Part shown: one piece after another, positions 14,558 to 28,950 of the stretch
How the letters are laid out: every line of letters starts with the position of its first letter
Position numbering within the stretch: position 1 is the first letter of the stretch
Source of the DNA: Eledone cirrhosa
Taxonomy: Eukaryota
Assembly: GCA_964016885.1 (NCBI GenBank)
Contig: OZ024756.1
Coordinates: forward strand, 31,186,001 to 31,250,000
DNA length: 64,000 nucleotides
Reading direction: 5' to 3'
The notes under the pieces: model-generated
Databases searched by the model: none
The model's input: the letters and a program-made list of their open reading frames with translations, nothing else
What the model was told of the DNA's origin: nothing
Program-made: the position numbers and the translations under genes

Positions 14558-15700
14558 GAGGAGGAGGAGGAGGAGAAGAAGAAGAAGAAGAAGAAGAAGA
14601 AGAAGAAGAAGAAGAAGAAGAAGAAGAAGAAGAAGAAGAAATGATGATGATGATGATGATGGGGATGACGACAACACACTACCAACATCAAAACCACCAT
14701 CACCGCACCCATCCCCACAACCACCACCATCAACGCCACCACCACCGCCATCATCCTCACCACCATTACATAGTATCATATATCGACCATCATCACCACC
14801 ATCACATCCATCCTCTTCCACAATCTTCCGCACAACCACCACCACTACCATCACCACCCTCTTCAACCCCCCCCCCCCCCAACCACCACCACCACCACCA
14901 TCACCACCACCATTACCACCATCTACCCCACAACCACCACCACCATCACCACCACTACAACCACAACCACCACCACCACCACCACCACCACCACCATCTT
15001 CACCACCACAACCACCACCACCACCATCTTTACCACCACAACCACCACCACAGCCACTACCGCCACCACCACCACTACTACCACCACCACTACCACCATC
15101 TTCACCACCACAACCACCACCACAGCCACTACCTCCACCACCACCACTACTACCATCACAACCACCATCATCACCATCACAACCACCATCATCACCACCA
15201 CAACCACCACCACAGCCACTACCACCACCTCCACCACCACCACTACTACCACTACTACCACCACAACCATCTTCACCGTCACAACCACCATCATCACCAC
15301 TACCACCACCATCTTCACCACCACAACCACCACCACAGCCACTACTACCACCACCACCACCATCTTCACCACCACAACCACCACCACCACCACCACCATC
15401 TTTACCACCACAACCACCACCACAGCCACTACCGCCACCACCACCACCACCACTACTACCACCACCACCACTACCACCATCTTCACCACCACAACCACCA
15501 CCACAGCCACTACCGCCACCACCACCACTACTACCACCACCACCACCACCACCGTCTTCACCACCACAACCACCACCACAGCCACTACCGCCACCACCAC
15601 CACTACTACCACCACCACCACCACCACCATCTTCACCACTACAACCACCACCACAGCCACTACCACCACCACCACCACCACCACTACTACATAACATCAT
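14558..15700. repeat. Compound triplet array: (GGA)(GAA)(GAT) then a degenerate (CAC)n minisatellite
   Basis: Direct inspection; recurring higher-order unit CATCTTCACCACCACAACCACCACCACAGCCACTAC. Confidence 0.9.
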
Positions 15701-16541
15701 ATCATATATATCATCATATCATGTCATATCCTCATACAAGCCACTTTAGAAACCAAGCAATCAGAACAAGTAGAAAACATTTATCTTTGAAGCATTCCAA
15801 ATAAACGTCTGATTCTTCAGAGCTGATTATAACAGAGCCTCTAGTTTTGCTTTTGATTTGATCTCTTCATATTTCAATTTCTATATCTTGTTCGATGTTT
15901 CTTCTTTGTTTGATAGTTTGTCTGATATTTAGTTACCATAAGGCATGGATGACCAACTTTAATTATAAAGGTGACTGCACTATAATGACGGAAGGAGTGG
16001 GTGGGTGCATGGACGAACGAGAACAGCGTATGGTCAGAAATCTGTAGTTTACCACGTGTTTCTCCTGGTGCAATTAGGAAGTCATTGTGGTTTGTTTGAC
16101 ACCCTACAAACTAAAAAATAAATTGTTATATAGTTGTAACAATGTAGCAGGAAATATCTAAACAAATAATAAATAATAAAAATACGTCTACGTTCTTGTA
16201 TTTGTTTCGCAAAATACTTGAGGGGAAAGATAACATCGAGTAAACAAAATAATACCAGAAAGAAGAACAGACAAAGAGAAGAACAAAGAGCTATTGAAGA
16301 GGACACAGAATGTGCGACGATTAAGTTTTGATAAAATAACCAATAGATAATTGTTTCGAATTTTGGCACAAGTCCAATAATTTAGAGGAATGGTAATGTC
16401 AGTTATATCGACACCATTGATTGGTACTTTATTCTTACTGGGGTCGACCAGTAACTCACTGGGGTCGATTTAGTCGACTTTCCCCTTCCCTTCAAATTGC
16501 TGGCCTTGTGGTTATGTAGAAACAAATATTATTATTTCTTA

Positions 16542-16929
16542 GGCGGTGGATTGGCAGTACCGGTAAAGTATCACACACCATGCTTAGCAGCATAGTTATG
16601 TCCCTTTACGATCTGAGTTCAAATCCCGCCGGGGTTAACTTTGCCCTTCATCCTTACGAGTTCGATAAAATAAAGTACCAGTAATGCACTGGGTAATTGC
16701 TGGCCTTGAGCCTAAAGTAGAAACATTTATTTGTTAGGTTGTGGATTGGCAGTACCGGTAAAGTATCACACACCATGTTTAGCAGCATAGAGTTATGTCC
16801 CTTTACGATCTGAGTTCAAATCCCGCCGGGGTTAACTTTGCCTTTCATCCTTACGAGTTCGATAAAATAAAGTACCAGTAATGCACTGGAGTAATTGCTG
16901 GCCTTGAGCCAAAAGTAGAAACAATTATT
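16542..16929 (+). mobile_element. Two tandem SINE family 1 copies (16542-16730 and 16737-16929)
   Basis: Near-identical copies sharing private variants (GTACCGGTAAAGTATCAC, TACGAGTTCG); further fragments at 16350-16535. Confidence 0.9.
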
Positions 16930-17161
16930 TAATCTTAAAATAATAATATAAAGCATGCGCGGAAGAATATATTAAAACGCCAGAAGAGAAAACAAAGTTT
17001 ACAATCAGAACAACAGAAAGAATATATCTTTGCTGAGAGAAGAAATGGACACTTAATTGAGATTTTTCTATAAATAAAACTCCCCCCAAAATATATAGAA
17101 CTAAGTATATGCATACATACACACATCTATAAATATACATACATACATACATATATCTTCC

Positions 17162-17197
<36 letters not shown>

Positions 17198-17490
17198 CAT
17201 ATATGTATATACATAAAGAACATATATGAATGCATATATATATACATATATATATGTGGGTGTGTTTGTAATCGGAACACAAAACATACACACACACATA
17301 CACACACACACAAGCACACATTGACGCATTTGATGCATACACACACAAAAAAAAACTCATGTATCGACAAGTGAATATTGATGGAAGCGAAAAATGAAAC
17401 TAAACTTTGAGGATAATCTCAGACAGTAACATCGACTTTATATCAAAACGAGGTTGAAGAAGAACCGACAAAAATATTAAAATTAATAAA

Positions 17491-17656
<166 letters not shown>

Positions 17657-17756
17657 GTGTATACATATATATGTATATATATGTGTGTATATATATATAT
17701 ATATTAATATATATATATATATTAATATATATATATATATATATATGTATATATTA

Positions 17757-17793
<37 letters not shown>

Positions 17794-17859
17794 TGCATAT
17801 ATATATATGGATGTGTGTATATATATATATAAATATATATATATGTATACGTATATATT

Positions 17860-17904
<45 letters not shown>

Positions 17905-17969
17905 GTATATAATATATATATAGGGTTAAAAGATGCAGTTCGATAGAACATAACTTTCATATATCTTCG

Positions 17970-18014
<45 letters not shown>

Positions 18015-19056
18015 TTAGAAAAAAATATATATGCATAGAAAACAAGTATATATATATATATATATATATATATACGAAGATATATTTAAGTTATGTTCTA
18101 TCGAACTGCATCTTTTAACCCTGAAGCATTTGTTCTTTCGAAATAGAAGCTCCTAGGTTAAATCTAACTGACGTCCATATAGACATATATGTAAGATATA
18201 TGACACCAGTAGAACAATCGGTGGATCGATCAAATCGATCGGAATGCAGTGCCGACAGGAATATAAAATGGGATGGCAATAATCGCATATAATAATTCCG
18301 GACTACTACTAATAATATCGATTTTTGCTTACATTGGTTCAAGGTCATATATTCAGCAAAATGATTTATATTTTTATTGCTCATCTGCTTAGTCATTTTG
18401 TTAGAAGGACTGGCCTTGATTTTGTTTCATCATAGGCCCTCTGCAACCTGGGAGAATCGATACATTTGATATTTAACTTGAATACTTGGAAATCGATCTT
18501 TTGTGAAATTGTAAGACAGCCCGAGTTAACAACGAAGAATCTGGGTGAAGGATCCTCAAGACCCTTTCAGACCATTGAGGTATTCATTGACCCTGACCTG
18601 ACCTCAGGAATGTCCGAAAATCAATAAATATTTAACTAAGTTTCTAAATATAATATAGATTAAATTAAGACTAATTAAATAACGACTAAATATATTTAAA
18701 TCAGAAATGTGTATACAAGCGTGATGTATATATGATTATATTGGGTCGTCAAGTATGGAATTTCTAGAAATTTCTTTAATTTCAAGAAATTTCTACATTT
18801 TTCATACTTGACAACAATATAATTTTTGATGTTCTCATTTCTCATACAAACGTTGGAAATTAGCCCCAAAATTCCATCTACCATAGATTGAACTCAGATA
18901 CCCAGGAGTGATCGTAGGGACCTCTGATTATATCCATATACACGTGATATGTACCAAAATATATACGTCAATAAATAAATCAGTAAATCAAATATATAAT
19001 AGAAAATAAAGGGTAATTAATTCATAAAACAGAAACTTGTATGTATGTTATTGTAT

Positions 19057-19151
<95 letters not shown>

Positions 19152-19156
19152 ACGCG

Positions 19157-19237
<81 letters not shown>

Positions 19238-19253
<16 letters not shown>

Positions 19254-19312
19254 GTATGTATATATGTATATATATATATATATATACACATACATACATA
19301 CACATATCTATG

Positions 19313-19366
<54 letters not shown>

Positions 19367-19560
19367 GGTAGAAGCGGTAGAGAGAGGAGAGGTGTGTGTG
19401 TGTGTGTGCGTGTGTGTGTGTGTGTGTGCGTGTGTGCGCGCGCGCGCGCGCGGAATGAAAATAAACAGGGAAAGAGAGAGAGAAGGAGAGGAAGAGAGAG
19501 ACAGAGGGATGGTGGGGGACAGATGGAGGATAGAGAAAGAGTGAAAACAGAGAGGAAAAG

Positions 19561-19637
<77 letters not shown>

Positions 19638-19696
19638 GTATGTATATATGTATATATATATATATATATACACATACATACATACACATATCTATG

Positions 19697-19758
<62 letters not shown>

Positions 19759-19781
19759 GGTAGAAGCGGTAGAGAGAGGAG

Positions 19782-19833
<52 letters not shown>

Positions 19834-19963
19834 GCGCGCGCGCGCGCGCGCGGAATGAAAATAAACAGGGAAAGAGAGAGAGAAGGAGAGGAAGAGAGAG
19901 ACAGAGGGATGGTGGGGGACAGATGGAGGATAGAGAAAGAGTGAAAACAGAGAGGAAAAGGGT
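19238..19963 (+). repeat. Tandem duplication of a ~390 bp microsatellite-rich unit
   Basis: 19341-19562 and 19733-19963 are essentially identical outside the repeat tracts. Confidence 0.9.
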
Positions 19964-20149
19964 TATGCTTGAAGGGAAAGTAGATATAAAGGAGAAATAA
20001 GGATTAACGGGGGTAGAAAGTAAACGACAGTACAGGCAATGAAACGTCGATTAATCTGAAATAAAATTAATAAATAAATAAAGAGAGAAGCAGGAGGAGA
20101 TTCAGGGGAAAAACAGAGAGAAAGAGAGTGGGAAAAGGAGAGAGGCAGA

Positions 20150-20790
20150 AAAGAAAGAGAAAAAAGAGGGAGGCGATGTTAGAGAGGGAAAAAAAGAGAA
20201 GCAATGTTAGTGAGTGAGAAGAAGAGAGTGGGAGAAAAAGAGTGAGAAAACGAGAGAGACAGAGATCAAATGAGAAAAAGAGAGTGGTAGAAAGCAGATG
20301 AGAAAAAAAGAGAGGTAGAAAGAGAGTGAGAAAAAGAGAGAAGCAATGTTAGAGAGTGGGAAAAAGACAGAGGCAGAAAGAGAGTGGGAAAAAGAGAGAG
20401 ATAGAAAGCAAATGAGAAAAATAGAGAGGTGGAAAGCAAATGAGAAAAAGAGATAGGTGGAAAGCAAATAAGAAAAAGAGAGAAGTAGAAAGCAAATGAG
20501 AAAAAGAGAGAGGTGGAAAGCAAATGAGAAAAAGAGATAGGTGGAAAGCAAATAAGAAAAAGAGAGAGGTAGAAAGCAAATGAGAAAAAGAGATAGGTGG
20601 AAAGCAAATAAGAAAAAGAGAGAGGTGGAAAGCAAATGAGAAAAAGAGAGAGGTAGAAAAAGAGTGAGAAAAGAGAGAAGCAATGTTGGAGAGTGGGAAA
20701 AAGAGAGTGGCAGAAAGCAAATGAGAAAAAGAGAGAGGCGGAGATGCAAATGAGAAAAAGAGTGTGGTAGAAAAAGAGTGGGGAAAAAAA
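20150..20790 (+). repeat. Purine-rich ~30 bp minisatellite
   Basis: Repeated unit GAGAAAAAGAGAGAGGTRGAAAGCAAAT. Confidence 0.8.
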
Positions 20791-21309
20791 GAGAGAGGAT
20801 GTTAGAGAGAATGAAAGAGAGCTGATGGAAGTAATGGCGACGATAATAAGAGAAAAGACTAGAATCGCAGAGGTAAAAGAAAAGAGGTGGGTGGACAAGT
20901 GAAATAAACTTTCGTTACGTCGTTGTAAGAAATGCGGTTATATAGTGGTTCATTTAAAAGCAATTACGATTGTATTTATAGTAAACGTAGGGAGGTTATC
21001 TGAAGCTTTTAAAAGTCTCATTGGATCGATTTGTTGATGGACGATCATCCGGTGTGTGACGGGTCAGAAAAGTAGATTTAATTAGTCATGTTCGGAGAAG
21101 ACGATTAGACGGCTGGTTTCTGTGCAAATAGCGTTAGAGTTAATAGCACGGTCTGGTTATTTCTTCTTCTAATTCTTATTCGTGATTCCATGATTCTGTG
21201 ATTGCATACACGGCATACATACATACATGCATATGTATGTATATATATACACATACATATATATTTAGAAGTACAGAGACATATACATACTCACACTCAT
21301 ACATATATA

Positions 21310-21495
21310 TAATTGTTTCTACTTTTGGCACAAGGCCAGCAATTATTCCAGTGCATTACTGGTACTTTATTTTATCGACCCCGTAAGGATGAAAGGCAAA
21401 GTTAACCTCGGCGGGATTTGAACTCAAATCATAAAGGGAGGTAACTCTATGCTTCAAAGCATGGCGTCCGACCCTTACCGATACTGCCAATCCAC
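21310..21495 (-). mobile_element. SINE family 1
   Basis: Full reverse-complement match to the window consensus. Confidence 0.9.
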
Positions 21496-21538
21496 ATATA
21501 TAATGAGATGTATATACATATATAAATATATGTATATA

Positions 21539-21578
<40 letters not shown>

Positions 21579-21753
21579 GAGAGAGAGGGAAACAGATATA
21601 TACATATATATATATATATGTATATTTGTACATGCATATATTTACCCCTTATACACATACAGAGCTATATGTATGTGTATATACATATATGTATGCTTAT
21701 ACGACAACATACCTACCTGCATGCATATTCACAACATGCACATACATATACAT

Positions 21754-21870
<117 letters not shown>

Positions 21871-22025
21871 CGTGCGTGTGTGTGTGTGTGTGTTATATGA
21901 TAACTAACACATGAGCCTCATATTAACTCATTTAACCAAGGCATCTATTCCCTGAGAAGTGAAATCTACGGGAATAGATAATCATACACATCGACACCAA
22001 CTGTCACTACCACACTCATAAATAC

Positions 22026-22064
<39 letters not shown>

Positions 22065-22376
22065 TACAAACATACATACATACGTATATATAGTAGCACA
22101 TATATATCCACGCACATGTATATCGCAGCCTAATATCTGAAAATTCTCTTCATTTATGCAGTGCATTGCTTCTCTTATTGAGATACAGAGTATAGAACAT
22201 ATACGATTCACTAAACAGATAAAGACAATTCAAATTCCCAGCCAGAAAAAGAAAATAACGTATAAAAATGACAAACAAATCTTATAGATTTTTTCAAAAA
22301 AAAAATATAAAAAATATTTAAAAAAAAATTTTTTTTTCAAATGTAAAAATAATATTTAAAATATAATAATATAATG

Positions 22377-22409
<33 letters not shown>

Positions 22410-23249
22410 TGTAAATGATACTTCATAGGATTAGATTTACGTTTTCAAAATTTTAATATTTGGTTTTGTGTGTGTCTGTGTGTGTTTTTATTTTTTTTAT
22501 TGGTTGGGGATTTTTCTTAATGTTGCTACTGAATTGTCAAAAATTATACTACGCCATATTAACTGGTTTATTTTAAGAGTTTAGAAAATTCAATAAGTTA
22601 GCGTGCTACAAGATAATGAGGATAGTGGTTTTACTCGACTTTCTCGATCAACTTGCTAGATATGACTGTTTCTGAAATAAATTATATCTAGAAAATTGAG
22701 CGGCGTCCCCTGCCATTAACTGGTATATTTGTTTTATCGACTGCTCAAGTTAACGTTGGTGGAATTTTAACTAAGAACTTAAAGATTTGCGGTGCAATGT
22801 TACACAACATTCTAACTGGCATTCTAATAATTCTGTCAATTTACCACTCTGCAGATGACAGCCTGCCGTATTGGGTTAAGTAGTATAAATGGGGAACCAA
22901 ACCTATACAATTATAGATCTACATGATAAGATGAAGCTACGTAGTAACAATGAATGTACCACTTTTCACTTACCGGAAAGGTGCCGATCGTTTCCAATTG
23001 TATTTCTATTGCTGGTGCATTCTACAGCTTGGAAATACTGTCGGAAGACACAGCGTGAGATAAAGTATTTTACTAAAAAAAAAATGATAAAGAAATGCAA
23101 TGTACCAGCATGATACAGAAAGCGAAACCGCGACCTTATTATCCTGAATCTAAGAGTGTAACCTCTAATTCACGTGCCTTTACAGATTAGACATAATAGC
23201 GAAAGAATTTATGATCAATGACGCTTTCTTTTACTTTTTAGTATATCTA

Positions 23250-23665
23250 CCAATCTTGCTTGCTATCAGGAGGTGAAACATGGACGCTTTCATCCAAACA
23301 ACAAAAGCACCTTGATGGCACTTACACTCGCCTGCTTCAAAGCATTCAGAACATAAACTGGTGACATGTGACTTTGAGAGAGACATATGCTGGCCTCCAA
23401 CGCATATATGTCGTTGTACGTAACAAGAGAGTAAGATTTGCTGGCCACTGCCATCGTGCCACCTCTGAGGCTGTGTCCCCATTAGTGCTTTGGAAACCAC
23501 AAGAAGTCACTAGAAATAGGGCGTGCAAGCTCTCCTACCCCGTTGTCATCTCCAGAGATGCTGGTATTGAAAGCCAGGATTTGGCAACAGCAATGAGTGG
23601 CACAACCACGGGGAGATCAATTGTTGGGTCCATTTCTGCTGAGGCCGCCGGATGATGATGATGAT
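23250..23665 (+). mobile_element. RTE-type LINE 3' end (decayed ORF2 C-terminus)
   Basis: Translates ETWTLSSKQQKHLDGTYTRLLQSIQNINW*...RVRFAGHCHR...LVLWKP; ends in a (GAT)n tail. Confidence 0.8.
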
Positions 23666-23698
23666 ATCTAGGGCTGTATTATTATTATTATACAAAAG

Positions 23699-23892
23699 GG
23701 CGGTGGATTGGCAGTAACGGTAGAGAGTCTGACGCCATGCTTTGCAGCAAAGAGTTACATCCCTTTATGGTCTGAGTTCAAATTCCGCCGAGGTTAACAT
23801 TGCCTTTCATCCTTACGGGGTCGATAAAATAAAATACCAGTAATACACTGGGATAATTGCTGGCCTTGTGCCAAAAGTAGAAACAATTATTA
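23699..23892 (+). mobile_element. SINE family 1 with target-site duplication
   Basis: ATTATTATACAAAA on both sides (23684-23697 and 23886-23899). Confidence 0.9.
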
Positions 23893-24593
23893 TACAAAAT
23901 AATCATACCATTTCAAAGTGATAGTTCCTAGTTTAAAGAAGGGAGCGAAGAGGTTTCACTGCTTCTACGAGTCAGGTCGAATAAATACGAAGATATATTA
24001 CTGTTCTTACTGTCGAGTTATCCTTCGTATATTTCTACGCAGTCAATATGAATATTTGATGTGCAGAGATTGCCAGACTGAAAATAATTGTATATAAGCG
24101 TATAGTTTGAAGACAAAAGAGGAGATTTAACTGCTAATTCTAACCAGTCGAGTAAATATATAGAGGCATCACTGTCCGCTTGTCATTCATATATTTTTAC
24201 ATAGTCAACGTGAACAGCTCATGTGCAGAGATTGCTAGACGGAAAATAATTGTTTTTTAAGAGTACTTATGGTATCTCAAGAAATAAAATACGCTAAACT
24301 AATGATCGAGGAGCAAACGCCGAAATAATTAAAAAGAAGCGATGATATATGAAATATGATATGAAAATAGCGAAGAACAGAGACTGCTTCTTATATAAGG
24401 GTAATATAAGTGTTGCCAATAATCGATAAACAATATTAATGGAAGTGTACTAAGTAAGCGATTGGATATACAAAGTATCTAATTTCAGAAAATATTAATT
24501 ATATATAGATACATATATAACCACACACACACAAACATATACAGGCTCATATATACATACACAAACATATATACACCCTCCCCCCACACACAC

Positions 24594-24627
<34 letters not shown>

Positions 24628-25302
24628 ATAGAGAGAGAGAGAGATTTATGTGTATATGTATGTATGTATACATATATATATATTTAGGCACACAAGTAAA
24701 TGTGCATATATATGTGTGTGTGTGTGTATAGACAAAAGCGTATACATACATACATACATACATACATACATACATACATACATACATACATACATACATA
24801 CATACATACATACATACATACATAAGTATATACATACACAGACACACATATATCTAGGAGTGTATGGTGTGTATGTTATCGGTATGTACATGTTATTTTT
24901 TTAAAGCTAAATTTTAAATTTATAGAGTGAAAAAATTTGAAAATTTCAAATCAATAGAGAAGCTGTTCATAGCTGGAATTAGATTAAAAAATATAGAATA
25001 TGTTTTTAATATAGTTCTAAAGCATAGCAGGTGATTGCATGAGGTTTTAACAATATCTATTATCTACGGTGTTATTCCCTTCTGAAAATGGAGAAGACAA
25101 CGCATACAGTTTTTTAGCATGTTTTCCCTTGATATCGTACCGAGAATAGTTACAACGAATGTACTTGGCAGCCATTTTTATTCCCAGACAAATGCCTCTC
25201 ACACACACAAGCGCCCCTATATACACTATATACACACAGAGATATGTATATGTGTGTGTATGTAACTATGAATATATACACATGCATATATATATATATA
25301 TA

Positions 25303-25355
<53 letters not shown>

Positions 25356-25358
25356 TTT

Positions 25359-25504
<146 letters not shown>

Positions 25505-25805
25505 CCACAAAGAAATTAACAGAGCTTCTGAATGAAAGCTGCACCACAGCAGGGAAACTATAGAGAAACGCCGAAGTACATCCAGACATAATGTATCCAA
25601 TATGTCTTTTTTCTCGGAATCGATGAAATAGTAGCTTTTGATTTAAAGTCGCTGTGGATTCTATTTGAGGAAATACAGGGTTACCAGATTGGCTCGCCAA
25701 CTTTTATTCAGTAGCAATTGTAGAACACTTCGTGGCGTCACACAATAACCCTCGAAGACAGTATCTACGTTTTTAACTATTATATGGGTATATATATGTA
25801 AATAC

Positions 25806-25858
<53 letters not shown>

Positions 25859-25860
<2 letters not shown>

Positions 25861-25976
25861 GTAACGAGTAGGACCCCGACGGCAGAGCTCAAGCCGTTTC
25901 GACAGCTAATTCTGGACTAATTAGAATTAGCCGTCGAAACGGCTTGAGCTCAGCCGTCGGGTCCTACTCGTTCCTA
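25859..25976. mobile_element. Family B hairpin without tail
   Basis: Palindrome homologous to 7176-7289 with (TA)n on both sides. Confidence 0.85.
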
Positions 25977-25979
25977 TAT

Positions 25980-26090
<111 letters not shown>

Positions 26091-26145
26091 CACATTTAGT
26101 GGTGTAAATATATATTTACACCATTAGAACTGTTCCATTCGTATA

Positions 26146-26195
<50 letters not shown>

Positions 26196-26372
26196 AGTTG
26201 GGGCCTTCGGTCGGTTTTCTTTGTTTCAAACTTTACAACTATGGTGTCAACTCTGGACTTGATGTTTGTTTTCAACTTTCAATTCACTGAGTTCTTTGTA
26301 ATTGCCTCACGCAAATCGAAAATTACTTGATGTACAACAGCTAAACATCGATTTACAATTTTATATATATAT

Positions 26373-26465
<93 letters not shown>

Positions 26466-27077
26466 CTAATAGCTGGATATTGTATTTTCAAGATTTCAAA
26501 TTACAACTTCAAATTTTCCATCACATGGTTCAAAAGGTAACCTCGTGGAAGCTATATGTTTTAACCTCTATATCTTAAGATATAATCTATTATTAACAGA
26601 GAAGCAGCCAGTTACAATTCAATAGTTATGTTATTTAATATTTTATTATTACGACATAAAAATCTTATTTTTATCAAAAATATAAAAAATACAGAATGCT
26701 TATTTAAAGGCACAATATACATATATATTCATACACACTCACTCCCGCACACTAGAATATATACGAACACAGAGCGTTCTTCTTTACTTCCTCCTCCTCT
26801 TCTTCTACTCCCCTTCATCTATTTCCTCCACCACCTTCTACATTATATCCTTCTACCTAACTATGCAACATCACACTATCAGTCAAATATTGACTTATGA
26901 ATGGAACAGTTCTAGTCCTGTAGAAGTCATTTCTATAATCGTAATAATAATAATTGTTTCTGATTTAGGCACAAAGCCCATAATTTTGGTTTAAGTGCAA
27001 ATCGATAAATCGATCGCAGTGCATTACTTGTACTTTATTTTATCGACCCTGTAAGGATGAAAGGCAAAGCAGTAATA

Positions 27078-27132
<55 letters not shown>

Positions 27133-27134
<2 letters not shown>

Positions 27135-28950
27135 GATCACCTGGATCACCAAAAGCCTGGAGATCTTCAGGGTGGCAGATAACATCAGACAGTTGCTAGG
27201 CAGGAGTATGGGGTCCTGGGAGACAGAGTTGACATCAACTGGAGTATCCTTGGGAAGCGTGAAGATCAAGAGAGGTATCTTCCAGGGAAATAGCCTGTCC
27301 CCTCTGTTGTTTGTCCTTGCCCTGATGCCCTTGACCATTATGCTGCGAAAAGTGAGAGCAGGATACAAGTTGGGAAGGGGAGAGCTTACCATCAATCACC
27401 TCCTCTTCATGGACGACCTTAAGCTCTTCGGGAAAAGTGAGAAGGAGTTGGATGTGCTTGTTGACACTGTCCGTATTTTCAGCAGTGATATATGTATGCA
27501 GTTTGGTATTGGTAAATGTGGAGTCATTGTGATGAAGAGGGGTAGGTTGAGCAGAAGTAACGGGATCCAGATACCAACAGGTGAGATGATAAAGGAAATT
27601 GACTCTGAGGAAGGATACAAGTATTTGGGCGTTCTGGAGGCTGATGGCATAAAGAACAAAAAAATGAAGGAATTGTTAAGAACTGAATACATTCGGAGAG
27701 TAAGGAGCGTATTGAAGTCACATCTGAACAGCAGAAATGCCATAAGCGCAGTAAATTCCCGAGCTGTGTCTATTATTAGGTACAGTGCGGGAATTCTGAG
27801 ATGGAATGTTGCTGAACAAAAAGAAATGGATAGGAAGACTAGGAAGCTATTGACTATCTACAACATGTTCCACAAGAGGAGTGATGTCGATAGACTCTAC
27901 CTAAGGAGATCTGAGGGTGGAAGAGGTCTTAACAGCATAGAGGACTGTGTTCAGATGGAGAAAAACAACCTATACAAATACGTGACCTATAGTAAGGAGC
28001 CAATGCTCAGAAGTGTACTGAAGGAGGGGACAGTAGGCCAGGGGATGTCCAAGGAGGAAATAACATCAAGGAGGAAGAGCAGCCTTAAGGGAAAATCCCT
28101 TCATAGTACCTTCTTTGAGAAAACTGAATTTAGAGATCCACAGACATGGAACTGGTTGAGAAGAGGAGACCTCAAAAAGGCTACAGAAGGAATGCTAATG
28201 GCTGCGCAGGAGCAGGCCCTCAAAACGAAGTGGTTGAAGCACCATATCTACAAGGAGGAGGCTAGCCCACTGTGCAGGATCTGTGGAGAGAGAGAGGAGA
28301 CTGTGGCTCACATTGTGTCCGAGTGTAAACACCTAGCCCAGACCCACTATAAGGGCTGGAGACACGATGTGATGGGCAGGGTGATCCACTGGCACCTGTG
28401 CAAAGTAAACAATTTACCACATTCTGAGAAATGGTATGAGCATAGGCCAGAGGCGGTGATGGAGAACAATCAGGTGAAGGTGTTGTGGGATTTTAGGATA
28501 CAGACGGACAAAAAACTGGAACACAATAGACCTGACCTGGTGGTTGTGGACAAAGAAAAAAGATCGTGCCTGATTGTGGATGTGGCCTGCCCGTTCGACA
28601 CGAGAGTGCAAGAGAAGGAGAGGGAGAAAATTAACCGATACCAGGACCTAAAGTGGGAGGTGAAAAGGATTTGGAACTGCCATGAAGTCAAAGTGATCCC
28701 GATTGTCATAGGCGCACTGGGGACTATCTCCAAAAGTTTCCAGGGATGGTTAAAGAAAATCGGCCCCTTCACGCTTTTTGGAACGCTTCAAAAGGCATGC
28801 TTGCTTGGAACAGCAAGAACCCTCCGATACGTCCTGAATATCTGAGGCTGCAGGTAGTGGCTTGATATTCAATCCAACGGACTTTCCAGTTAACCAACAT
28901 CAATGACTGAGATTCAAGGAATAACAATAACAATAATAATAATAATAATA
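27133..28950 (+). mobile_element. 5'-truncated R4/Dong-type non-LTR retrotransposon in (TAA)n
   Basis: Open RT-REL frame, ~75 bp 3' UTR, (ATA/ACA)n tail, (TAA)n array immediately upstream at 27073-27132. Confidence 0.88.
27142..28845 (+). CDS. Partial LINE ORF: reverse transcriptase, CCHC zinc knuckle, restriction-like endonuclease
   Basis: GIFQGNSLSPLLF, HLLFMDDLKL, YKYLG, CRICGEREETVAHIVSEC, RHD, RPDLVVVD..IVDVACP..EKINRYQDL, PIVIGALG; no stops over more than 560 codons. Confidence 0.95.
   Translation, partial: WITKSLEIFRVADNIRQLLGRSMGSWETELTSTGVSLGSVKIKRGIFQGNSLSPLLFVLALMPLTIMLRKVRAGYKLGRGELTINHLLFMDDLKLFGKSEKELDVLVDTVRIFSSDICMQFGIGKCGVIVMKRGRLSRSNGIQIPTGEMIKEIDSEEGYKYLGVLEADGIKNKKMKELLRTEYIRRVRSVLKSHLNSRNAISAVNSRAVSIIRYSAGILRWNVAEQKEMDRKTRKLLTIYNMFHKRSDVDRLYLRRSEGGRGLNSIEDCVQMEKNNLYKYVTYSKEPMLRSVLKEGTVGQGMSKEEITSRRKSSLKGKSLHSTFFEKTEFRDPQTWNWLRRGDLKKATEGMLMAAQEQALKTKWLKHHIYKEEASPLCRICGEREETVAHIVSECKHLAQTHYKGWRHDVMGRVIHWHLCKVNNLPHSEKWYEHRPEAVMENNQVKVLWDFRIQTDKKLEHNRPDLVVVDKEKRSCLIVDVACPFDTRVQEKEREKINRYQDLKWEVKRIWNCHEVKVIPIVIGALGTISKSFQGWLKKIGPFTLFGTLQKACLLGTARTLRYVLNI

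Noticed and set aside
14410-15804. 464 aa His-rich and 409 aa Pro-rich ORFs
   Set aside because: Open in several frames on both strands only because (CAC)n lacks stops; begins in dinucleotide repeats; no domain or splice support.
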